A DNA stretch of 63,624 nt, filler included, from Octopus bimaculoides (Eukaryota), in assembly GCF_001194135.2 (NCBI RefSeq). It is 7 parts of 7 records of this genome, joined end to end, with 100 filler letters (N's around TTAATTAATTAA, not from the genome) between each part and the next. Parts side by side here need not be neighbours in the genome. Positions count along the whole stretch, not along the records: positions 28,981 to 51,020 come from NC_068984.1; positions 51,121 to 58,460 come from NC_068981.1; positions 58,561 to 60,661 come from NW_026301526.1; 4 more parts are not named here. One strand, written 5' to 3'. A model generated the notes under the pieces. The model made no database searches. It worked only from the letters and a program-made list of their open reading frames with translations, and was not told the origin of the DNA. The position numbers and the translations under genes were made by a program. Shown one piece after another: positions 49,850-59,623 of the stretch. Position 1 is the first letter of the stretch. Every line of letters starts with the position of its first letter.

Positions 49850-50247
49850 GAAGACTAGGTTACCAACAACCCACGTCACATACCTTTCTTCTTCCTTACT
49901 GAGACTCACCTTGATAACTCACATCGAAGCTGAAGTGAAATTGGAAAATTTTGCCACCATTCGGGGCGGACTGTATCGGCAGAAGAATGGGGGGTGGAGT
50001 TGTCATTTTCCTGCACGAGTCATTTACTGCAGATACGGATATCTAATTCTCTAATGGTTACTGTGAATTAGTATCCGTACATAATAAAATACACGACTTA
50101 GTGATAATTGGGCTCTACAGGCCACCCCAAACGCCACTACTGTGCTTCGGTGAATACCTCAAGAAAGCCAAGTCTTTCATCAACCAGTGCAAAACCGGTA
50201 GCATTTTAATGATGGGTAATTTCGATCTCCCTTGTATCGACTATACT
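49850..50247 (+). mobile_element. LINE AP-endonuclease fragment
   Basis: IGRRMGGGVVIFLHE, LYRPPQTP and ILMMGNFDLPCIDY (R.GGGV, YRPP and GDFN.P.IDW motifs); interrupted by the Gypsy LTR. Confidence 0.75.
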
Positions 50248-50251
50248 GTAG

Positions 50252-51020
50252 TGTTATGAGCCAGGCTGTGTTGTGGGGAAGGATCGGAAGTGAGGGAGTA
50301 AGTATGTCCTGTCGGAAGTGAGGCCAGTGGGTCCCACTGGAAGTGCCGCAGTGGGCTTGCGGCATCTGTGAAGCGCGAGGAGTGAGTTGGCGGCGGACAG
50401 CGCATCAGAGCAGACGTGTGAGATTGTACAGCGACGGATAGCGCACGTGGATGTGGAGTGAACCTTGCAAATCAAGACAGCACGTGGACGCTGAAAGTGA
50501 CCCTTTTTCGGATCGACAGGTAAGACTACCGTAATTCTCTCTCCGCTTCTGTCTTTTTCTTCCTTTACATCACAAGCTATTTCGGCTCAAGAGAAAAAAA
50601 ATGATGGGTATGGTCCGTGTTTCGAATGAAACGGTTAGGCCATTTTGTGGCGAGGGAGATGTCACCGCTTGGCTGCAAAAAGTTACGTTGGTGGCAAGAC
50701 TCCAAGATATAAATGATCTAGTGAGTTTCATATTGCTGTACCTCGATGGCGCTATAACTGGAAATGGAAGAGAAGGACCAGTTGAGCGCAGAAAAAATAG
50801 AAGGCCGGCTGATGGAGGCTTTCGCAGAAGGTCCATTTATGGCATTTGGTTGACTGTGGAAGCGAAGTGGATGGGCAAACAGGTCGATGTGTTTTCCAAC
50901 GAAATCAGGAGATTGGCTAGACTCGTGGGATATAGAGATGACGCGTTGGAACAAACCGTTAAATTAGCCTTTGTCACAGGATTTCCTTACTACGTGTCGG
51001 TCGAACTGCAAAAGCTGCGG
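50252..51020 (+). mobile_element. Ty3/Gypsy LTR retrotransposon: 5' LTR (about 50252-50574) plus gag start
   Basis: TGTTATG...CATCACA termini; gag-like RPFCGEGDVTAWLQKVTLVARLQ.I.DL.SF..LYLDG...VDVFSNEIRRLARLVG..LEQTVKLAFVTGFP; cut by the scaffold linker at 51021. Confidence 0.8.
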
Positions 51021-51315
51021 NNNNNNNNNNNNNNNNNNNNNNNNNNNNNNNNNNNNNNNNNNNNTTAATTAATTAANNNNNNNNNNNNNNNNNNNNNNNN
51101 NNNNNNNNNNNNNNNNNNNNATATATATATATATATATATATAGACATTCATACATGCATGTATGTGTGTGTGTGTGTGTTACCAAGTTCAATACAGCCC
51201 TGTAGCTTATCAGACCCTGTTATCAAACCATCCAACCCATGTCACCATGCAGAACAGATATTAAATGATGATGATGATAATGACGAAATATTATAACAAA
51301 CTGATTCATACAAAC

Positions 51316-51789
51316 CATTTCCTGGAGATGCTTTATTTCTTTCCACAACTGTTGTACATTTTGTTCTAAAAACCCTTTTGCTGTTTCCAATGATTTAATG
51401 TTGATCGAGAGATTTTTTATATTTTCGTGAAGGGTTTCAATTTGTTCCGTCAGATTATAGATATTTTGGGATGCTGACATTGATGTTCGTCTGAGAAATC
51501 TTTCCATATGTTTGTTCAATTCATCCAACTGGTCCTCAGTTGTTATTATTTCTTTTGAAGAGGTTTGTGCATAAGGTGAAGTGGATGGTGTCAGATATGA
51601 AACCTGTGAAGGCCTTCTTTTCTTAAACAGATATGATTTAATATCTGACAATTCGTTTTCGAGTTGGAACAAGCGATGAGTAAGCTTCTGTTCTTGTGAG
51701 TTTTGTCGTTGTAAATCAATGCTAAGAACAGACTTGGATGTTGATCCTAGGTCAAACTGTACCAATGAACCTCCTTGCTCACCTTTCTG
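51316..51789 (-). CDS. Internal exon of an unidentified coiled-coil protein
   Basis: Acceptor ttattttgtggttattttcag| (NAGNAG), 158 open codons with heptad-like Leu/Ile (LTHRLFQLENELSDI; IYNLTEQIETLHENIKNLSINIKSLE). Donor either gtttgt after 51316 or gtatga after 51312. Confidence 0.7.
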
Positions 51790-52149
51790 CTGAAAATAAC
51801 CACAAAATAAGTAAATGATTAATTAAAGAGAAACAAAGGAACATAAACAAAACTATATAGAATTATATTGGAAATTTTACTTGTAAAACTACCTTTCTTT
51901 CCTTTCCTGAGCATCTGCTAATACTTTGTATGTACCACATCCTCATGTTGTTGTTTTTTGCTTCTTGTATTTCTTCTTTGTTCATTTTTTTGCGGGGGGG
52001 GGGGGATTAACTATATATATATATATATATAAAGTGATGGTTTGTTGCCAGCTTAGTGTGGCAGTCCCAGGAAAGGGAAGAATGCTTCTGCTATTTAGCC
52101 CCAAGAAACACTGTTTCTAGTTGGCTACATGCCTATAATAGAAAGGATT

Positions 52150-52463
52150 GTGCCAGTGGCATGTGAAAAAACATTCAAGTGAGGTGGTTGCCAGTGCTGC
52201 TGGACTGGCTCCTGTGCAGGTGGCATGTAAAAAACACTACATGAGCATGGCCGTTGCCAGTACTGTCTGACTGGCCCTCATGCCAGTGGCACGTAAAAGC
52301 ACCCACTACACTCTCAGAGTGGTTGGCGTTAGGAAGGGCATCCAGCTGTAGAAACTCTGCCAGATCAGATTGGAGCCTGGTGCAGCCATCTGGTTCGCCA
52401 GTCCTCAGTCAAATCGTCCAGCCCATGCTAGCATGGAAAGCAAATGTTAAACGATGATGATGA
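52150..52463 (+). mobile_element. RTE LINE 3' UTR fragment with (ATG)n tail
   Basis: Matches 33640-33980; followed immediately by a family B SINE. Confidence 0.85.
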
Positions 52464-53464
52464 TTATAAAGGCAGTGAGCTGGCAGAGCCGTTAGCATGC
52501 CAGGCGAACTGCTTAGCAATATTTCATGTCTTCACATTCTGTCTGAGTTCAAATTCCACCAAGGTCAACTTTGCCTTTCATCCTCTCGGGGTTGATAAAT
52601 TAAGTACCAGTTGAGGACTGGGGTCGATGTAACCAACTTACCCCTTCCCCTAAATTTCAGGCCTTGTGTCTATAATAGAAAGGATTATTATTGTTAGTAG
52701 TTGTAGTGGTGGCAGCAACAGTAGCAGCAGCAGTCATAGTATATTTTGTCTCCCATAAATAGTCACAGCCATTCAAGACTGCAATTTTGTTAGTCTAGCA
52801 ATAGTTTACATGTAAATACAACAGATATCTTCCTTAAATATTAGAGTTCATACAGAGAAGTCCTTTTAAAAGATAATACTAAATTGGTACTTATTAAAAA
52901 AAAGTTAATGAGCATGTGGAAAAATTTTACCTTCTGTTTTTCTAATTCCATAACTTCAAGTTGCTTCATAAAAACTGTAATATTAAAAGTAGAAATTGAA
53001 GCCATTTATAAAATAATATTCAAAAAGTGATGCATCAAGTATTTATAGATTAATCAAAGAAGGAAAAGTGTACATGGCCAAACAAACCAATAGAAATAAT
53101 AGCTGAATTGCCTTCAAATCATGTTCTACTGATTTAAGGAAGGAAGATCACACAGGATATAATGTAGTCCTAGATACCAATATGTCTGATAACAAAAGGA
53201 GTTTGTCACGGATGGAATGTCTTTACTCATAAGTCTGCTTGATCAGGGTTAACATGGGGTTAAAAAAAAGAAACAGCTACAGCAGCAGATCTCTTATCTG
53301 GCTCCCAAAAATTTGAAATTTCCAGAAATATTGTGCAATATCATGCAGTATATTGAAACCTGCATTGAGTAAATAGACTCTGTTTTTGAAGTTGGTTAAT
53401 TTGCATATGGTGTGTTAAAAATAGTTTTGTTCTTTACTTTTTTATGTGGATCAGTAAAGATTAA

Positions 53465-53684
53465 CCCTTTTTATACCAACCTGGCTGAAACCGTCCCTGG
53501 CTCTGTAGTACAAATGTCTTACTTCCAAAAGTTCTGAATTAAAATCTTCCACCTAACTTTAGTCACAATTTATGTTCCTAACACTAGCTTAATGATAACT
53601 AAGTTATTTTACTAAATTCCTTATTATATTTAAAATTTATTGAAAGAAACACAGCATCTCAACAGAGATATGGTAACAAAAGGG
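53465..53684. mobile_element. piggyBac-type MITE
   Basis: TTAA|CCCTTTT...AAAAGGG|TTAA; 220 bp; an inverted copy lies at 55786-56007. Confidence 0.85.
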
Positions 53685-54399
53685 TTAAACATATTCTGCC
53701 TAAGTATTAATTTATACCTCTATCTGTTACATAAAATCATGTTCTTTACTTTTCTTCATTTAATTTTCATCTGTAAACATTATTCTGTATACATTGTACA
53801 GAATGATATATTCAGAAAATTTTAATCAGATTAATAAACGTTGAACATGCCCTCTTTTTGAAATGTATTAATCTGAATCTGTTAAATACAGTTTAGTTCT
53901 TTGTTTTTCATAGTTGATTTTATATTTTAAGTATATATTTAGATTGACTCCAGAAAACTGGAAAATCCAGAAATCTGGGACACTTCCAATCCAAAACTTG
54001 CCAGATAATTGCTCTGGAACAGTAATAAACCAACAATGGAAACTCTAGAAAGAGTAGCCTGATTTATGTTTAAGGAAAAAAAACTAGATGATTAAAGTTA
54101 AAATATCTTCCTGATCAGGACTGCTCTGGTGCTAAACAATAGGAACAATTTAAGGATGTCTTTTTCTGGCTTACTTAGAAGAAGATTGTACCCGTGACTA
54201 TTGCAGGGTCTCTGAACCAAGTAAATGAAAGGGGGAAAACAATCTATAGGCATGGCTATGTGTTTAAGACGTTTGCTCCTCAACCACATGGCATTGAGTT
54301 CAGTTCCACTGTGTGGTAACTTGGGCAAGTGTTTTTACTATAGTATCAGGGCAACCAAAGCCTTGTGAATAGATTTGGTAGACAGAAACTAAAAGAAGC

Positions 54400-55400
54400 A
54401 CATCTGAATAACCTCTACCAAATATTTTAAGCATGTCAACAGCGACCTGATGGACCACAGGATTTCCCTGTCTTCATATCTTTAATTGCCTTATATATCA
54501 TACTGCTGTCAACTAAGGAAGCTTGTCCCTCTGTTGGGTTTACATGGGGGAGACTCCCATTCTCCTATTCATTCTCCACATTTAACAGCCTTTCATAGTA
54601 GCTCTTCAATGCCTCTTATTTATCAGAATCATTTAGGGTTAGCATACCATTATCCATCCACACACACTTCTCTCCCACATCTCAATTCTCTCTGACATAT
54701 TGTCAAGCAATTTCTGATCTTCAAGCTGTAAGACACTAGCAAACCTCTTCCTTTCTGCTTAGCTAGGTAAACCTGACCCCTAGCTTCTCTTTTAGCTGCC
54801 TGATATGGTTCTTTGCTACCTCCACTTTTCCACTCTTACCATATATATCTCTTCTGTTTTATGGCTCTGTTGACCTAACCATTCCACCACTGTATCGCTC
54901 TTGGTCTAGCAGAAGGTTTGCTCCAACCACAGATATGGTCTGTCACTCTCAGTAGATTATCCCATAAGAACTTCCAGTTGTCCTCTATGTCATATGTCTC
55001 TATATCTTCTTCCTCATCAAATGCTTCATTTAAAACATCTCTAAATCTCTGCCCATTTCAAGGACCCTTGAGCTTCCATAATCTTTTCCAAATTGGTTGT
55101 GTCTCTGGGTCCTTCCAGCCCTAAGTTTGAAATCACTAACCACCAACCTATGTTGAGTTGTACATTCTTCACCTGGGAAGGACTTTCTGGTAGGAATGTA
55201 GTCAATCTGGCGAGTGAGCCCACCAGATTGATAAGTGATTAAATGGCAGGCTGATATCCTTAAGTTGGTATTGCAAACCATTAGAGTGCTTTCCAATATG
55301 ATTATAGAAGTCCCCAGCCATGATGATAATGTCTGTCTTTTGTTGTCAAGGTAGTCCACAGAAGAGATTCATAGAAACAGTTCTTCTGAATATCCGCCAG
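54400..55400 (-). mobile_element. RTE LINE endonuclease/linker fragment
   Basis: NTNLRISACHLITYQSGGLTRQIDYI...PGEECTTQHRLVVSDFKL (RTE APE C-terminal motifs). Confidence 0.8.
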
Positions 55401-55785
55401 TCTGATATGGGTAGCATACGCAAAGATAAATGATACAGTAACATTTAACAAGACTGCAGAAGGATTTTGATTTCTATATCCAGGTGGGTCATAGTGATAT
55501 GGTCAAGAAGTTATGAATAATATTGAACTACTATCATGGTAAGTGTTGTATCAGAGCAGACACATAGACTGTACACATTCTTTCACCTATTCTTTTAGAA
55601 TAGATCTTGGATCATCTCTGAATGAAACCAAACGAAGACTAATAATTGACCCAATGGTGAAGAAATATTTTTTACACTTACATTAAGTATATAGTTGGTG
55701 ATAGTTATGGCGATTGCGGTTGTGGTGCAGAGAAGACAATGTTACCATTACTGCTATTACTGCTGATGTGCTAATATTTATTTAA

Positions 55786-56007
55786 CCCTTTTGTTACCAT
55801 ATTTCTGTTGAGATGTTCTGTGTTTCTTTCAATTAATTTTAAATATAACAAAGAATTTAGTAAATTAACTTAGTTATCATTAAGCTAGTGCCAGGAACAT
55901 AAATTGTGACTAAGGTTTGGTGGAAGATTTTAATTCAGAACTTTTGAAAACATAACATTTGTACTACAGAGCCAGAAGCAGTTTCAGCCAGGTTGGTATC
56001 AAAAGAG
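55786..56007. mobile_element. piggyBac-type MITE (inverted relative to 53465-53684)
   Basis: TTAA|CCCTTTT...AAAAGAG|TTAA; reverse complement aligns along the full length of 53465-53684. Confidence 0.85.
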
Positions 56008-56393
56008 TTAATGAATAAATGTCACATCCTCACCTTCCAAGATTGCAATGTCATCTTCTGCTTTTTCCAGCCTATGCTATAAAGAAATAATACAAGTGGA
56101 AAATTATAATTATTACTATTATTATTACTATTGAGTGAGAGAGAGCAGTCCATGCCATTAAAGTGATGCTGGGGTACAAATATATGAAGCCCAATATACC
56201 AGTCTGATAAGAGCACACCAGGCACATACATCACAACCACATGTGCACAACATGGCAACTGTATATCCAGATAAACAGTGCACAACCTTGCAGATGGGGG
56301 TCCAGTTAGAATTTTCTTCAGGTCAAGTAGCCCATCCCACTCAAAAGGTCCCTGAATAAAGGTTGTTTAAGGATCGTCTGAGCTTTTCATGTA

Positions 56394-56493
56394 CTGATGA
56401 ATTAGTACCAGTCATGCACTGATAAATTAGTACCAGTCATGCACTGATAAATTAGTACCAGTCATGCACTGATAAATTAGTACCAGTCATGCA
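56394..56493 (+). repeat. 25-bp tandem repeat x4 (ctgataaattagtaccagtcatgca)
   Basis: Read directly; the first unit has one substitution. Confidence 0.95.
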
Positions 56494-57226
56494 TTAGGGT
56501 CAATTCAATTCATTCTGTCATGTGATTAGGCACAAGCATTGTTGTATGGTTAAGAAGTTCATTTCCTAAGCATGTGGTTTGGGGTTCAGTCCCACTGCAT
56601 GGCACTTCAGACAAAGAAACATATTGTGTGTGTGTGTGTGACCGCGCACGTGTGCCCTTGAGTTAGTATAACCCTTGTTTTCATGTGTTGTAAATAATAT
56701 AGTGTCAAATGATGTTATTTACATGTAGTCCATGCCAAAAGCATGACTGGGCTTCTTGGCATGTCTGAACATGTTTCACAAACTTTGTTAAGAAAAGGCT
56801 CCTTCATCATTCATATGGTACCGTTTGTTTCCAATTCTTCACATAATAAGCATGTCTGAGCTGTTTGTTGTTTGACAAACTGGGATTTGACATCAGAAAG
56901 GGTATGTAGTTATAGAAATCTGTCCCAAAGTATTGCCTGACAGATGCAAGCATGAAAAAGTAAATATTAAAGTGATGATGATGAGAAGGATGAACCATCT
57001 TTCAATTTATCTTTTACTTGTTTCACTCACTGGACTTCAGCCATGATGGGGCACCACTTTGAACAGTTTAATGAAACAAATCAAACCCAGTACTTGTTTT
57101 TTTAAGTCTGGTACTTATTCAAAGAGTCTCTAAGTTATGTGGATGTAAACAAGCCAAGACAGACATACAAACATACATACATATGTATGCATGTGTGTGT
57201 AGATATATATATATATATATATATAT

Positions 57227-57451
57227 CATCATCATCATCGTTTAACGTCCGCTTTCCATGCTAGCATGGGTTAGACGATTTGACTGAGGACTGGTGAAAC
57301 TGGATGGCAACACCAGGCTCCAGTCTGATTTGGCAGAGTTTCTACAGCTGGATGCCCTTCCTAACGCCAACCACTCAGAGAGTGTAGTGGGTGCTTTTAC
57401 GTGTCACCCGCACGAAAATGGCCACGCTCGAAATGGTGTCTTTTATGTGCC
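57227..57451 (-). mobile_element. Young RTE LINE 3' end; near-identical copies at 60425-60661 and 61858-62129
   Basis: (CAT)n + cgtttaacgtccgctttccatgctagcatggg...; all three copies run into N gaps. Confidence 0.9.
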
Positions 57452-58219
57452 NNNNNNNNNNNNNNNNNNNNNNNNNNNNNNNNNNNNNNNNNNNNNNNNN
57501 NNNNNNNNNNNNNNNNNNNNNNNNNNNNNNNNNNNNNNNNNNNNNNNNNNNNNNNNNNNNNNNNNNNNNNNNNNNNNNNNNNNNNNNNNNNNNNNNNNNN
57601 NNNNNNNNNNNNNNNNNNNNNNNNNNNNNNNNNNNNNNNNNNNNNNNNNNNNNNNNNNNNNNNNNNNNNNNNNNNNNNNNNNNNNNNNNNNNNNNNNNNN
57701 NNNNNNNNNNNNNNNNNNNNNNNNNNNNNNNNNNNNNNNNNNNNNNNNNNNNNNNNNNNNNNNNNNNNNNNNNNNNNNNNNNNNNNNNNNNNNNNNNNNN
57801 NNNNNNNNNNNNNNNNNNNNNNNNNNNNNNNNNNNNNNNNNNNNNNNNNNNNNNNNNNNNNNNNNNNNNNNNNNNNNNNNNNNNNNNNNNNNNNNNNNNN
57901 NNNNNNNNNNNNNNNNNNNNNNNNNNNNNNNNNNNGCTGGCGATCTCTTGCTACACATTTTTGCCAGAATTCTAACACATTGGGCAGAAGATGTTGATGC
58001 ACCATTTTGCATTATGTTCAAAGTAGCTTCTGGAATGTGGTGAATTGCTGCAGTCTGTTGCTGTCTTTTTAAACCGGTTGCTTTCTTTCCCCAGCAAGCT
58101 CTCTTCTTTGGAGGCATAATCTATGTATATATTAAACAGAACAACAAAAGTTATAATAGATGGCAGGGCCGGTAGTTTTCACATTCCGGTAATTTTGCGG
58201 ATTAACATCCGCACAAATA

Positions 58220-58322
58220 CTTAACCCTAACACTAACCCTAAACCATAACCCTAAACCCTAACCCTAAAACCCTAACCCTGACCCTGACCCTAAAACTGT
58301 AACCGTAACACTAACCCTAACC
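58220..58322 (+). repeat. Degenerate (TAACCC)n telomere-like tract
   Basis: taaccctaacactaaccctaaaccataaccctaaaccct... read directly. Confidence 0.8.
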
Positions 58323-58587
58323 GGGTAATCTTCAAGTTTAGGGAGTTAAAAAAAGAAAACAAAATATATTCAAGGGAAATAACTGAACGACTTACCAGTA
58401 TTGTCCGTACTACTCTGAAATGTGTTTTCTTTTAGCTGTTTATAAATAAATCACACACGTNNNNNNNNNNNNNNNNNNNNNNNNNNNNNNNNNNNNNNNN
58501 NNNNTTAATTAATTAANNNNNNNNNNNNNNNNNNNNNNNNNNNNNNNNNNNNNNNNNNNNTGCAATTATTTCTTATTTCTTTTGCAG

Positions 58588-58796
58588 GAAGGGAATTAGG
58601 AATTAAACAAAATGACCTGGACATCATCAAGCATGACTATCAGGATAAAGGCATTATGGAACAAGGCTTCCAGATGCTGCTGAAATGGTTTCAAAGTTCT
58701 GATCCAGCGAAACGTACACTTCGGATATTAAAAGAAGCCCTTAAAAAAAGTGAATGTTTTACTGCGCTTGAATGTTTAAAATCAGACTTCAATTGA
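58588..58796 (+). CDS. Terminal exon encoding the C-terminal part of a death domain
   Basis: Strong acceptor tttcttatttcttttgcag|; phase 1, reading (G)RELGIKQNDLDIIKHDYQDKGIMEQGFQMLLKWFQSSDPAKRTLRILKEALKKSECFTALECLKSDFN*. Fits the death-domain pattern RxLG...IxxI...EQ..xMLxxW...TL..L..AL. Confidence 0.85.
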
Positions 58797-59289
58797 ATTT
58801 CTGTGTAAATTGTTGCTGTTGCCTAGTCCCACATCTGTCTTCACCACAGACCTATTATCAAATGCCTTCCATCCAGGACCATCCTGTCTTTTTCCTAAGT
58901 ATAGAGAACATAGGACCACATTGTTTAATGTGTCTTTCTTTAAGGTGACAGGTTGTGAATGAGGTAGGATTTGGTTACTAATTCTAGCAGATCTATCTAC
59001 CACATGTAGACCACTTTATTAGTTTGACTCCCTCATTGTTTGAGATTAACTGTGGAAACAAAGATAAGCTTTGAAATTTCATTTGTTGTTGGTGTTGTTG
59101 TTGTTGTAAGTCCCGGCATCTCCCTAAACACTTCCATTGTTATATAGTTTAAATATCCTGTGGAATTTTTCCAAAAATGAAAGTTGTAATTCCATTTTGT
59201 GAAACTTACTTAAAACGCATATTTTGCTTTCAAGTAGAACCTCCTTGCAGACACAATTGTCAGTAAACATACAGTTTCTATTTCTCTCA

Positions 59290-59623
59290 GCCAATATTTT
59301 TATATAAGCCTTCATCCAAAATCTAGAAAAAGAAACTTACAGCTGACCACGAAAAGCAACCGAAATCTCTCCAATCTGAACTTCCACAAAGCAGACTGGA
59401 AATCGATCCAAAAAGAGATCCTCGGACAGGACTGGCCAAAATGTCTCTCCACACCAGACATTGGCATGAAACTGGAATATTTCATGTCTGCTATGCAAGC
59501 CATATGCCAGAAATATGTCCCAGAGCACAAGGCTAACACAAAAAGGAACAAGATTCGAACGGAGAGGAAGATCCTAATAAGACAATGGACAAAGGTTGCA
59601 AATCGCCTCAACCACCATTCCAA
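59290..59623 (+). mobile_element. LINE endonuclease-RT linker fragment
   Basis: LSNLNFHKADWKSIQKEILGQDW...LEYFMSAMQAICQKYVP; ends at an N gap. Confidence 0.65.

Noticed and set aside
53281-53378. Exon-like readings on both strands (GFNILHDIAQYFWK...* and EILCNIMQYIETCI)
   Set aside because: Short, no recognisable homology, and mutually exclusive; the same holds for the candidate at about 54177-54213.
55484-55538. Plus-strand AG...gtaagt exon-like segment
   Set aside because: Stops in all three frames from the acceptor; only a short ATG-initiated tail, and its phase does not fit the death-domain exon.
58782-59003. 73-aa minus-strand ORF overlapping the death-domain stop
   Set aside because: No motifs; more simply the antisense of the 3' UTR.
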